The position numbers and the translations under genes are program-made. A stretch of 63,910 nucleotides of DNA, counting the filler, from Craspedostauros australis (taxonomy: Eukaryota): assembly GCA_030167865.1 (NCBI GenBank). It is 21 parts of 21 records of this genome, joined end to end, with 100 filler letters (N's around TTAATTAATTAA, not from the genome) between each part and the next. Parts side by side here need not be neighbours in the genome. Positions count along the whole stretch, not along the records: positions 21,065 to 34,447 come from JALAGF010002210.1; positions 34,548 to 37,303 come from JALAGF010002211.1; 19 more parts are not named here. One strand, written 5' to 3'. How positions within the stretch are numbered: the stretch's first letter is position 1; each line of letters starts with the position of its first letter. The notes under the pieces were generated by a model. It was not told the DNA's origin and made no database searches. It worked only from the letters and a program-made list of their open reading frames with translations. Positions 24,401-37,403 of the stretch are shown one piece after another.

Positions 24401-26082
24401 CGAGATCCTTTCTTGCTTGGGGAAAGAGGAATGGAAGAGGAAGAGGAAGAGAAACAGAAATCGCAACTTCAGCAGCAGCAGCAACGACAGCAGCAACGAC
24501 AGCAGCAACCATCATGATTGTTGGCGTCGACAGTGTCACTTTCACGACTTGCTGCAGCGGAAAGTAGTATCTCTGGGGGTCCATGCAGCTCACGCATCTG
24601 CCAATTCCCAGACCGAGCTCACCTCATCCTGACGTCAGACGCGCCAACACAGTCTTGCTTGTGCGCAAGGAAAGCAATTTGATGCCCATCGAGGGTACGC
24701 ACGGGACAACCGCTGTTCTGCATCTGTTGCATGGGAATAGCCTGTGTGGCGATGCCTGTGCCTTGTTGTCATCGCCATCGGTACCGTCATTCATCATTGA
24801 AGAGAACATGGGAGACATGAAGTACGTCAGTTTCGTGCGTTATCGATAAACCATCCCAGCAAAATGTGGCATGGATCGGGGGTCTGCTCATTGTGTGTTC
24901 TTGTTGATATCATCCATCCCCGACGTCATTCCGCGAGGATGGGATGAATGAAGCAGCAGATGGTCGGATGTGGTCGGTTTTTGTTCTCGCGTGGACGTGG
25001 TGGTGAAAAAGACGCCTGAGGTCGACAGCAGCTGCTCTCCGGCACCCCCACAGTATCACGTGATCAGCCAACCAAATGTGACAGGAAGCAATCGCAGCTT
25101 GCGAACTTGCGTATTTGTAGGGTAGAGATACAGTCGGGTAAAAATCGATAGGCACATTCAGGCATAAAATAGGACAAATTATCGTAGTACTAATGAACGT
25201 GATTCTACGACAATTGGTGAATGGAGCGAACTGGTTGGGCCAGATGTCGTTGAAGGATGCTTTGGGATGACGTTGGTGACGTAAGAGACCATGACTCGAT
25301 CCTGCCCTACCAAAAAGCGCGGCAATCGCGAACCAAAACCGTTGGGTCGCTCGCTGCGACCCAAACACCACACAACGCAAACAACCAAAATTCGCACAAA
25401 TATTTCCAGACACTCAGCGACGACACACCATTTCATGCGAAGAAAGAGTTTATGGCATCGCGAAAACTGAACAAAAGGAGATGCACACTGGTGCGAGCGC
25501 GAGCCCGAGTGCGAGTACGCAATACTCGTACCATCACACACTAGTAGCAAGAAATAGGAGGCTCATCATTGGTACTCACTCCATCAGCAGATATCGTCAA
25601 CAGGTCCGAGCATTGCTCCCGTTTCATCCGGTGCCCAACGTAGTCGACATCAGCATCTTCATCACCATCGTCGACATCGTCATTGGCGTTGGCCTTTGCG
25701 TTGCCATCCTCATTCTCCTGCCGTTCTTGTTGCCGTTCTTGTCGCCATTGTTGGCGCCAAAAAGTCAGCATCGTGCTGTACTGTGTCGTGGTCCCTATTT
25801 CCTTCGTGGATGAGTATGGCTCAAAGCAGCGGTGGACCTGCTTGCGCTGTTCAGTACCATCGGTACGAGTATCATACCTCCGAGCATAAATCGATATAAT
25901 TCGAAAAAAGCTGCTCAGCGATCGCACACCAACAGTCCACAACTGATCAGCGGAGGTGATCAGCTGCATCAACTGAGGACTTGCTCTACGATACCATACC
26001 ATACCATACCATACTCCACTCTACTCCACCTCACTTGCATTGACTCCAGGGTACACTCCTGCTGCAAGCGAGACGCCAAGCA

Positions 26083-28644
26083 ATGTCCAATCAGCCCAAT
26101 GAGCTCTCCAGGCTCATGACAGACCCAAATGGGACGATATATCTGATCACATTTGGTCGCGATGGTACAGTTCAGCGGCAGCAGCAGCAACAGCAACCGA
26201 CAAGCGCGGCTGCATCAGCCACTGCGTCGGCAACGAGCCAAGGTAAGTCTCAACCTGGAGCAGGGAACCAACGAGCCCAGCTGCTGCTGACTATAGTGCG
26301 AGTATGCATGCGCATGGGCAGCAGATCGAGGATGAAACATGCACAACCAGCTATTACATATTCCAATGTTATATAGTAGATGCGAGCAATGCTGTGCCTT
26401 GCTCCAACTTGACTCATCCCATCTGCTCTATCTTACTCCATCACACTCCACTCATTCTCTACTCCTCTCTGCTCTGCTCCGCTGGGGCCAAAGGAGGCGT
26501 TGCCGATGGAGTTGGTCCAAATGAGCAGCCTGGCGCCACCGCAGGCTCTGATTCAGGCAACCAACAGCAGCAGCGACAGCCACAGCCTCATGCTCCACTC
26601 CATGAACAACAAGAGCAGCAGTCACAGCAGCATCACCAATCGCAACAGTCCACACAACATCCACAGACTTCGCAGCAACAGCAGCAGCCACAAGATGCGG
26701 TGCAAGGTTCACGTTGGATCCCCGTGTCGGCGGTACCGCTGCGGGACGCTGTTTCAAATCACAATCCTGCAGCTGTCAACAACACCCAAGCTCAACCTGT
26801 CCCTGCCAATCCATTCGCCAATCCGAGCAACGTTTCCGTCGCTCATCTGCTGCAGCAACCCAACGTGCTCGTCTCCTTGGCCTCCATGTACCCTCAGATC
26901 TTTCTGCAGCTGATAAACAACTCGCTCGGATCGATAAACAGCGCCCATCCGGACCACAACGCGCTCGCTACGTTCAATCTCCAGTTGCAGACCTCCTTGG
27001 CTACGCAGGGTCTCCAGTCAGGCCTCACCAATCCCACCAGCGCATCGGGTCAATCCGCAACGTCTCATCCAGCAACGATCGAGGCAGTCGCAGCAGGGGC
27101 GGCTTCCGCTTCTGCAACTCCCTTGGCGGTCATGGGTAATCAGATCTTCCCCACAACAGCAACTTCGCCTGCCACACCACACGCTGCGAACAATCCTCAA
27201 GCATTTTCCTCATTGCACGGATCATCCGAACCGCACGCCACCGGTACTCACCGCCTCTTCAACGGCCTACCTCCACAACGTGGGGCGATGTCTGCTGCGT
27301 CACTGCCTCATGCATTCCACAACAACCCGAACGATCACTCTCGTTCCGATGACACGCACGATGGCTTGGGAGTCGCTGGTCTTGGTGGTCCAGATGCCCA
27401 GATTGGGAACGTTGATGGTAGTGGAAGCGGCAGTCGCAGTCGCAGTGGCGATGGTGGCATAATGCCCTTCCTGCACGAAGACGACAATCCTACAGATCTT
27501 GCTAGACAGCCTCAGGATCGACCCTCAGAAGCTGCTCTGGCGGCTCAGAGACAGCCTTGGATGCTCCCAGCTCTCGGAATAGACAGCAACGCCACCATCC
27601 AACAGCACCAGCAAAACCACCATCAGCAGCACCATCAGCAGCACCACCAGCACCAGCAGAATCACAATCTGCAAAACAACGAACTGCACCGCACGCTGCT
27701 GTTTTCCGACGAAGATCGCAGCTTTTTGTCGGACTACCAATGCTTCGTCAGACAGCAGATCGAGTACTTCGAGGCAACCACGGAAGACGCCGTCATCATC
27801 CGGCAAGGTCGCAACAAACCGATCATCTTGGGGCAGGTCGGTATCCAGTGCCGGCACTGCGCCATGCTCTCGATCGAACAACGCCAATCAGGCGCCGTCT
27901 ACTTCCCAAGCAAGGTAAGACCAAGTGTTGCACGAGCTCGCATTTGCTGCGATTAGATGGCATGGCATGGCATGGCATGGCATAATCCGAAATGAGAGCG
28001 GGGCATGCGAGTGGACGTTCTTTGTATCACATGCTTGACAAGGTGCTGTGTGTGCTTTCCAACAGAGAGAAGCGAATCCGCGATCCACGCCCATGGCAAG
28101 GTGGAAACATGGATTCGATTCGTTCTTCTGTGGGAATACGATGCACTTGTGTTTGTTTGTGTGCATGAATGTATGTATGTGTTTGTGTGTGTGTTTTGTT
28201 GGTATCCACGTATGAATACAGTCTTTGCTCGAGGCTGCGGGCAGTCCTCCCATGCAAATCTCGGCTGTGTGCTTCTGATTGCTTGATGCTTCGCTCATGT
28301 CACATTTTCTGCCCTTGTTCTTCCCCATGCTGGAACTGAACACGGTACGCGCTATGGCCCAACGGCGCGCACCATTGCCACATGCCCCGAATGCTCGTAC
28401 GGCGGGCAATCGACAGCTATCGGGCATTTACCAGACCGCGCAGCAAATGGCGCAGGCTCATCTCATGCCCACCAAATGCCAGCACATCCCGGCTTCGGTG
28501 AGGAAACGGCTGGTCGAGTTGCGGAAAAACAAGTCCCTTTCCAGCAGCGGCAAAGCGTACTGGTCCACCGCGGCGCAGCGAATGAATCTGGTCGAGCGCG
28601 ACGGCGTGCTCCGATTCAATCGAAATCAAGACAACCCGACATGA
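26083..28644 (+). CDS. Q/H-rich putative nuclear regulator with C-terminal diatom-type CxxC domain; intron 27915-28416 (firm) and a first intron from 26243 (acceptor uncertain: exon restart at 26377/26380/26494/26557)
   Basis: LSDYQCFVRQQIEYFEA..GRNKPI.LGQVGIQCRHC..GAVYFPSK is spliced (AAG|GTAAG…CAG|CTA, phase 0) to LSGIYQTAQQM..AHL..CQHIP..GKAYW..A..M.LVE.DG.LRF. Confidence 0.8.
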
Positions 28645-29950
28645 TAGACCTCTCAATTGGCTCCTACTTTCGCATGCCCGCCGCCTGCTACGGCGCCGCA
28701 CCTGGCGGATTGAGAAAGCTGGCCCATCGATAAGATACGTATGTACTCCTGGAGTACATGGCGCCATACCACGTTGCACCAAACTCCACAGGACCACGGA
28801 GTGCGCCTGCTGATTGCACAGCGATTTGGTGAGCGGCGTCGGAAGTGGTCCCAGCACCACACTTGCCGAGATTTGATCATGACGGCGCAACCTCCAGCTT
28901 GTTCATTGAATCCAGCTCGGCGAATCCTCGGCGACGCCCATCAGCTTCTGCTGCTGCAACATTCCTCCCTGCCTGCGCTGCGATGCTATGCGATAAAGCG
29001 GAGCATCATATTCCGCGACACGGCGCGCCTCAGCACACTGCGCACGCATACGCGCACAAGAGTCATGCTAAGGGCAAGGAGAGGAAAAGCAAACATCACG
29101 GCGCGACCCTACATCCCATCGACGCATCGAGGTGCAATCTCTCCAAAGGGAATGGCCGCAGCTACATTCGCGCTACTGTATGGTGCACCCATAATGATAA
29201 GCAGCCGCCGCGCAACCTTTGCTGCTACTCCTATGCTCTCATGCCATGCTCGTTCTCCAATCCACTCCATCAATGATCCCCCCTCTTTCACCCTGAAGCA
29301 ATGGCAGGTCTGGTTTCATAATACGCGGATGCATGCTCAATTTCCTCCGCACATCCACTGGCGATCGAATTCGTCCCGAGCGTTTCGGTCGTTCGCCCAG
29401 ACCATCGTCCTCTTCCACATGCGAGAGATCGGATTGGGAGCACCCGTCCTCATCCTCGTCCTACATAGAGTGTTGCCGTGGACGAAGCCGGCCGCGTCCG
29501 ATGGGTTGGTGGTGCGATTGGCCAGGTGGTTGCTTCTCGCCTCTCTGAAAATTGCGTTCTGATCTAAATGTATAAATGTCGTCCAATTCGTGCTTTTCCT
29601 GTTCTCCCACAATATTCCTTCAATGTTCGAAAACGAAGAAAACATGAGACAGATTGAGCTGGCCGCCATGCCTGATGGTTTGGATGTCGTTGCTGTACGA
29701 GTACTCGTGCGCAGCGTTTCAAAATGAAAAAGGTTGGTTGTGACGACGGAGGCATCGGGCTCTGGCGTGCATTGCCAGGTGTAGATGCAGAACGAAGCAT
29801 GCCAGGCTCCTCGAATGGACTCGCTGCATGTTGGCGTACTATTATCGATTTGATGCTTTGTCATGCCTAGCTATGCAACTCTGCCGTCGTCACTCGCATC
29901 CAACATTCATCACGGCCACATACGGGTGGTATCACCGAGGACCAGCAGCG

Positions 29951-31432
29951 CTAATCCCATCGCAAGTCGTCGCGCCCGATCTGCATGAGATCGCTCAAAT
30001 CGCGGTTGTATGCATCGAACCAATACCGCAAATAGCAACGCGTCCCTGCATCCATCGGCTCTACATATTCGCTGTTGAAGTTGTGCTGCTCGTCGAACCC
30101 GCTGTCCGGGTACTCATGCAACGACGCTGGCACACCGACAAAGTCCAAAATTCTGCCGTACACCTTGTGCGGGGACGATCGAAAATCCTCCCACAGGACG
30201 ATCGTCATCTTGTCGTGCAGCGGGAAGTACTTGATCCAGTTGCGCACGTGAGTGGCGTACATGCTGCGTTGCAGGAAGTTGTTGGCGAATATGCGGCGGA
30301 AGACTGATTCGTGCGCCGCGATCGTCTTGGCTCGTGTCAGTTGCGGCGGTGCGAACTTGTCCCTCAGCTTCTGGACCGCATCGCGGAGGTGGCGATCTCC
30401 ATCGTCTTGGGCACCGTTATCATTTGCTGCAGGTGCCGCTGCATGCGCCGAAGTGAATGATCTCAAGTTGCAGACTCGTCGCTGGAAGGTCGGATCGTTC
30501 GGATCTGGATTGGACGCGCTCAGCAGATCCATGAATTCCTCCCTCGTCGGTGCCTGCACCAAGCCGACATTGGTCATGCACCTGACTTCGGCATCGATGA
30601 GATCCTCGAAGGATCGGTCGCTGGCACTTTTGCTCACGCGGTAGTGCGAATAGGCACGGTCGATGGGGTTGCGCAGGATGAAGATGATCTTGGGCGGCGT
30701 TGCTCCGCCGAGAGAGCCGATTCGATTGATCCTTGGCGGGACCTTCGAATGGAAGAGATAGGATGGCGTCTTTTCGAAGTAGAGGTACTTCGAGGTTGCC
30801 ATGTCCGGAGGGCTTGCATCATTGCTCGATGCGCCATTGGCACCACCGCCATTCGCATCAGCGCCGTCGGGAGTGCTTCCATAGCCGATCCACCGCGCAA
30901 CTTCGTCCCATTGCCGCCACTCCCTCGCGTAGTCCAATCGAAAAGCGCATTGCAGCTCCGTTTCCGTGTGAACTTGCATCGTCAAGTTGCGCTTGATCAG
31001 CCATTCGTCGATGTGTTTTGGACCCGGGTAGGTCCAATCGAAGTAGTGCGTCTCGGGATTGTCGCTGTTTCGCAACAAGGAATGCTGCGACAGGAAGTTG
31101 AACAAGGCCGTGGTGCCGCTCTTCTGAGCCCCGGCGATGATGAAGTCCGGAAAGGACGGCAGCGATACTTCGCGTTGGCCGATCATGCAGCGCGTGACGT
31201 TGCGATGCCAAACGAAGCCATGCTTGGAGGTTGGAGGCCCTGCGATGGCATTGTCCGCATGAGCACGCCCGCCACCGTCTCTTCCCTCCAACTCGCGCTG
31301 CTGCTTCAGCAGAGCCTGATGCTGGACGACGATGATGATGACAGCCACGAAGAAGAGACCGCGGAACACGAGCGTCGAGAACTGCGCTCGTTTCGCTTTG
31401 CCTGTTCTTCTTCTCTCGGTGTATTGTGCCAT
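29951..31432 (-). CDS. Type II membrane sulfotransferase (heparan-sulfate 3-O/NDST-like Sulfotransfer_1 fold)
   Basis: N-terminal TM segment; PDFIIAGAQKSGTTAL (5'-PSB), EKTPSY and ILRNPIDRAYSHY (3'-PB). Confidence 0.92.
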   Translation of the reverse strand: MAQYTERRRTGKAKRAQFSTLVFRGLFFVAVIIIVVQHQALLKQQRELEGRDGGGRAHADNAIAGPPTSKHGFVWHRNVTRCMIGQREVSLPSFPDFIIAGAQKSGTTALFNFLSQHSLLRNSDNPETHYFDWTYPGPKHIDEWLIKRNLTMQVHTETELQCAFRLDYAREWRQWDEVARWIGYGSTPDGADANGGGANGASSNDASPPDMATSKYLYFEKTPSYLFHSKVPPRINRIGSLGGATPPKIIFILRNPIDRAYSHYRVSKSASDRSFEDLIDAEVRCMTNVGLVQAPTREEFMDLLSASNPDPNDPTFQRRVCNLRSFTSAHAAAPAANDNGAQDDGDRHLRDAVQKLRDKFAPPQLTRAKTIAAHESVFRRIFANNFLQRSMYATHVRNWIKYFPLHDKMTIVLWEDFRSSPHKVYGRILDFVGVPASLHEYPDSGFDEQHNFNSEYVEPMDAGTRCYLRYWFDAYNRDLSDLMQIGRDDLRWD

Positions 31433-34033
31433 TTCATGTCATGCAGTGTCCTGGCCTGTCGTCTTCGTACGACTATTCGTCTTCGTGAGTATTGGTATGA
31501 ACGAGTCGAGTGGAACAATGGCGACACTGATCTGCTTCTGCATGTAGTCGCATGGTTGTGATTGTGCCAATCTTCTTTGCGCGTGAGTGTGTGTTGTGGT
31601 GTTTTTGCTCGATCAACCATTATCGTGATTGGATTGACTGTTCAGTCACGTGACATGCAACGACTTCAAGTGGGACATCCTATCCTTCTACAATCTAGAC
31701 ATGCGAGGCTAGAGATCCTACGTGTGAAACTCTGTCTTTGTTTCAAGTGTCGTTCAGTCGCCCCGCACGCCGCGCCACCCAAAAACCAAACACATGCAGA
31801 TCATCAATGCGGCAATTGATGTTTTGGAAGCTGCCCACAATTGTCAACAGGAAGCAAAGGAAAGTGCATGGTGGGTACTGGCGCCACTTGTCCCTGTCGT
31901 GGCCATCATTGCCTCACCAGAGATGTAGGCGGGGACTGGCACCTGCCCGTTCCACCATGTTGTTTCCACAGTTCAGAAAGGGTACCACCTGCAACCTCGA
32001 CACAGGGTAGAGCATTTGTGAACGCGAACGCACCATGCGAGGCAATCAGGCGAAAACACCGACCAACATCCCAACGGCGATCCTCCTTCAAGGTTGATAG
32101 CCGAGTCGTGCCAAGAGAGAGCCAATCACCCACGCGTCCATCATGAACGACGATCAAGATGAAGCACAGAGCAGAAAGAGAAGACGGATGAAGCCGGAAT
32201 TGGAATGAAAATGAGCACGTGCAAGCAGCCACATTCCAAACAATCGCAAGAGCGAAGTCCGATGATCTTGCGGCGACAAGGCAGAGCAGCAAGACCGCCC
32301 AAACCATCCCCACCAAAGACGATTCGTCCTGTCTGCCTCGTTCCATACGTGTGGTACCATCCTGTTTGGTCTTGGTGGCCAAGATTACAGGAGCGATGCA
32401 CGGTCTTGGAACACGAGAATGGCGGTATCGTGACATTCTCACCTCACGCAAGATCCGCCGTCGCACGAAAGATCACTCGCAACCAACGTCCACACGCACG
32501 CCTGGATGCCACTTCTCGTTCGAGAATACTGTTCGTTCGTGGTCTTGTTGCACGTCGCTGTTCGAGATCGCCTTGTGGAGCGAAGAACGCGGTAGCTTGC
32601 GACTCATGATGTGTCTCTGTCCCTGTCTCTAAGTATTGAACAATTTGCGTTATGTGGAGCAATTGCGCCTGAAGTTGAGGCTGTCGTATCAAGTTCTCGT
32701 ATGCCCACGTGATGCTGTTCGCCGATAGCGGATCTTGTTTTGGGATGGTTTCGACGTTGCGTCGTGGGCTTTTTTGTTCTGTCGTGTTTGTGCCATCGGA
32801 TGTTCTCCCGCGTTCCTTCGTGTCACAATTCAGAAGTTCGCAACGATTTGTTCTTGTCTCTCGAATTGGCGTTCTCTTTCAGAAGCTGAAACTTGGCAAT
32901 GTGGTCGCAGTGGTCGAATACAATAGAGATCTGAACCAGTACCATGACAAGCACAGGTACTGTGTGTAGAGTACATGCGAAAACTGCATGCTGTTTGCCG
33001 TGAATCGGATGCGAGTCGCTCCAAACAGTGGCCAATCGAGAACGCGCCAACCATGAACGACCACGACAACCGTGCCCATCCATGTGCGATTCACCCACTT
33101 CGATTCAGTTGTCATGTGTGGTTGGTGGGATGATCGTGGACTGTTAAGATACTACACTCGCTGTCCTCCTCTCTCTCTCTCTCTCTCTTGTGCTCGAGTA
33201 CAATCGCATCCGATTGGAACGAAACAAAGGTTACGCAGCCCACGTTTTGCTCAATGATGCCGCTGTGTGCGAGTGGAGCACTTGGACAAACCCTTCATGA
33301 AGCTCATTTGGGCATATTATGTATGTAGTATACCGAAATGTGTTCCTCTGTTAACCCTTGAAATGGTTTTTGTGATACCATCCGGTTGGTGATCGTGAAA
33401 TGGAGAAGAACTGTGGTTGGTGATGATGTGACGTGTTTTGGTCGTCACTTCTTCCTGGTTGCGACAGAACACTTAACGCATGGTCAGCCACGCAACGATA
33501 TGATTGGCAGAGGGCATTTGCATACATTTCGACGAGTCACAGTTGAAACCGGTGAACTTTTGCTTCTCGCCCAAAACTGCGTGTGGATGTTTCGCCGAAA
33601 TGGTTACGGCAGGCTGTGATGTATCCCGTCCTTCTTCTCCGACGTGGAGGGCCATTGAAAGACTTAACACGGCCCGGGAGGTTTCCAAACAGGAGGGGAG
33701 AACACCGACAGTAGTCGACACGGAAGGCCAACGCTGTGCCTTGGTTGGGGGACGTGTCCACGCGTGAGACAAGGTGCAGAAGCCTGTGTGCGAGGGCAAA
33801 AACGCGAGAGAGAGAACGAGCATCGCGCTTACACGGGTACAGGGAGCCATGGTAATATAGATAATTTCCCTCAGGTCTAAAAACAAAGACCCAACGGGAT
33901 TCATTCGAATTGGCAACCACACAAACAGAAAATGACGACAACCACAGGCAAAATGGGTCTCCTGCGCGATGCATTGTTCCTGTGTGTACAACCAATTACT
34001 CTGGTCTGCTCTACTTGTTTAGTCGCTGTCTCT

Positions 34034-34447
34034 CTAGTAACTGACTTGGAAAGGCTGGAAGAAGCCCTCATCAATGGACAGCTGTGTGATCATGGCAACC
34101 ACCTTGAACACTGTCTTGTGAAGCTTCATGTTGTGGCGAAATGGTTCATACAAGATCTTCCATTTCTTGAAGAGACGATTGATGGTTTNNNNNNNNNNNN
34201 NNNNNNNNNNNNNNNNNNNNNNNNNNNNNNNNNNNNNNNNNNNNNNNNNNNNNNNNNNNNNNNNNNNNNNNTACCCTCCGTCCGCTTCCACCATTTCACC
34301 AGGAGCAAGTTTCCCCGCGAGCGAACGGTTGAAGATCTTTTGGTCAGGCCATTCACCACAAGAGAATGGACCATGGCACCAAACGATGTCACCAGTTTGA
34401 ATGCAAATCGCCACCTCGTACCGCAGACCAGCGCCCTTGTATTTGTG
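34034..34447 (-). mobile_element. PIF/Harbinger-like DDE_Tnp_4 transposase C-terminal fragment (internal N gap)
   Basis: GLRYEVAICIQTGDIVW..GP..G..PD..IF, VEADGGY and TINRLFK.W.IL..PFRH motifs. Confidence 0.8.
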
Positions 34448-34547
34448 NNNNNNNNNNNNNNNNNNNNNNNNNNNNNNNNNNNNNNNNNNNNTTAATTAAT
34501 TAANNNNNNNNNNNNNNNNNNNNNNNNNNNNNNNNNNNNNNNNNNNN

Positions 34548-36900
34548 ATGGGACTTGTGCCATCCTCCAGTAGTTGGAATGTGTTAACAATAGTTCATTT
34601 GATGTTGACAGATAGTTCATTTGATGTTGACGGATAGTTCATTTGCCATTGACAATGTTCATCTCACATTAACGTGGTTGCACGTGTTATCACATGTTGT
34701 TTGTGTTGTACTCATGCATCACCATCTCCATCACCAAGTCGATTCAGAGTGTGGTTCTTGTTGTCACACGTGCGTATGGTCATGGTGAACACGTGTGTGT
34801 GCTTACATGTACATGACACTGTGTATTGCAAGTACTGGTTGATGTTGAGTACTTTGATCATCAATATCTCACCTTGTAGAGGTCCATTGAACATGGTAGA
34901 AGTATTGACGTGTACGTATGAGCACGTTGCGTGTGTCTGTACACATAGATGCACGTGAACATGTGCTCATCATGGTGTAGAGTGGGGTACATGTTTAACA
35001 CGGTGTATCGCGTGGCTCGTAGTATTTCGTGTTGTTTGGGAGTTGCGGATGATCAACATTCGTCCGCACTTTCAGGGAGTTGCGGATCATCGACATTTTC
35101 CATACAAAAACGTCCGTACGTCGACCGTGTTTATTGCGTGCCCATACAAACGTCTGTACGTCATCCGTCAGCCGACCCAAACTTCGGTCTGGCCGTCGTA
35201 CGTCACTGTTAGGGTTAGGGTTTAACAAAACTGGAAGCTATGCCCTATAGTGGTATATCTAGACTCCACCACCATAGACTTATCTGTCTGCAAACTGTGT
35301 TAAAGCATGATTGCTGCACTCCTGTGTGTGTCTTGTAGTTGTTGCTTCATCTACCATTAAGGATCTTCATCTAACATTCACGTGTTGAACGTGTAATCAC
35401 GTGTTGTTTGTGTTGTACTCATGCATCACTATCTCCATCACCAAGTCGATTCAGAGTGTGATTCTTGTTGTCACACGTGTGTACGGGCATGGTAAACACG
35501 TGCGTGTGCTCACATGTACATGACACTGTGTATTGCAAGTACTGGTTGATGTTGAGTACTTTGATCATCGATATCTCACCTTGTACCGTGTGGCAGTGTG
35601 TGTGTGTGAGCACGTGGATGTGTGAGTATCACAGTTGATGGTGTTGACTTCCCCCTCCTCCCCCACAAGTCAGCCATTTCATGGGACTTGTGCCATCCTC
35701 CAGTAGTTGGAATGGTGTTGACAGATAGTTCATTTGACGTTGACAGATAGTTCATTGTGTGTTGACTGTTGCATCACGGTCTCACGTGTTGTTGTGTGTT
35801 GTGGCTGGTTGTACCGTGTGTGTGTGTGTGTGTGTGAGCACGTGGATGTGTGAGTATCACAGTTGATGGTGTTGACTTCCCCCTCCTCCCCCACAAGTCA
35901 GCCATTTCATGGGACTTGTGCCATCCTCCAGTAGTTGGAATGGTGTTGACAGATAGTTCATTTGGTGTTGACTGTTGCATCGTGGTCTCACATGTTGTTG
36001 TGTGTTGTGGCTGGTTGTACTGTGTGGCAGTGTGTGTGTGTGTGTGTGTGAGCACATGGATGTGTGAGTATCACAGTTGATGGTGTTGACTTCCCCCTCC
36101 TCCCCCACAAGTCAGCCATTTCATGGGACTTGTGCCATCCTCCAGTAGTTGAAATGGTGTTGACATATAGTTCATTTGATGTTGACCGATAGTTCATTTG
36201 CCATTGACAATGTTCATCTCACATTGACGATGTTCATTTCACATTGACGATGTTCATCTCACATTAACGTGGTTGCACGTGTTATCACATGTTGTTTGTG
36301 TTGTACTCATGCATCACTATCTCCATCACCAAGTTGATTCAGAGTGTGGTTCTTGTTGTCACACATGCGTATGGTCACGGTGAACATGTGTGTGTGCTTA
36401 CATGTACATGACACTGTGTATTGCAAGTACTGGTTGATGTTGAGTACTTTGATCGTCGATATCTCATGTTGTAGAGGTCCGTTGAAGATGGTAGACGAGT
36501 TGACGTGTACGTATGGACATGCTGCGTGTGTGTGTACACACAGATGCACGTCAACATGTGTTCATCGTGGTGTAGCGTTGTGTACATGTTTAACACGGTG
36601 TATCGCGTGGCTCGTACTATCTTGTGTTGTTTGGGAGTTGCGGATGTTGAACATTCGTCCGCACTTTTGGGGAGTTGCGGATCATCGACACTTTCCATAC
36701 AAAAACGTCCGTCCTTCGACCGTGTGTATTGCGCGCCCATACAAACGTCTGTACGTCGTCCGTCAATCGACCCAAAGTTCGGTCTGGCCGTCGTACGTCA
36801 ACGTGTTAAATCCTCGTACATTAGGGTTTGATTGGTTGCACCTGCGGACACTATCAGGGCTATAGCTAGGGTTAGGGTTTATAAAAGCCGGAACCTGAAC
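34548..36900. repeat. Complex modular repeat: ~660-bp block duplicated (34548-35205 / 36122-36800, partial 35370-35585), 215-245-bp tandem units, ~22-bp subrepeats and interstitial TTAGGG
   Basis: Blocks align directly by eye; TTAGGGTTAGGG at 35209 and TAGGGTTAGGG at 36867; copies differ mostly at CpG. Confidence 0.9.
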
Positions 36901-37403
36901 AATAATTCGTTTTTATTTTTGGCTTTTTGGTGGTTGGTGGTTTGGAGCGGGCTCTTGGGCATGTTTATTGACGCTCGCTTTTGTCAACGGGTGGATATTG
37001 AGCGAGCTGTGTGGTGTTGAAGTTTGTGATTATTTTGGGTTGATTAGGGGTATTTTGGGAGGTGTGGGACATGGACATTTGGTGGTACATTTGGGAGTTG
37101 CGGGAAATGGTGAATTGGTGTCAATTAACGTCTGTACGTCGTCCGTAGTGTACTGGATTGTGGATAATTGGTCTGTCCTTCGTCTGTTTGGATGTGTGTA
37201 CAGTGATTGGTCTGTACGTCGTTCGTTGTGTGTTGTGCGAGTGTGTGAGTGTGTGTGTGAGTGTGTGTGTGAGTGTGTGTGTGAGTGTGCGAGGGTGAGT
37301 GTGNNNNNNNNNNNNNNNNNNNNNNNNNNNNNNNNNNNNNNNNNNNNTTAATTAATTAANNNNNNNNNNNNNNNNNNNNNNNNNNNNNNNNNNNNNNNNN
37401 NNN

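Noticed and set aside
28741..29562. 273-aa ORF between two convergent genes
   Set aside because: No motifs or coding-like composition; likely chance.
7759..31432. Sugar kinase + fucosyltransferase + sulfotransferase as a glycan gene cluster
   Set aside because: They lie on different contigs separated by artificial linkers; only the 12161-16287 pair is truly linked.
33473..33852. Possible signal-peptide gene (MAPCTRVSAMLVLSLAFL…) on the minus strand
   Set aside because: Short, no recognisable domain, and no exon continuation could be supported.
35585..36200. Repeat array as CRISPR-like
   Set aside because: Units are 215-245 bp and homologous throughout, with no unique spacers and no cas genes; the context is eukaryotic.
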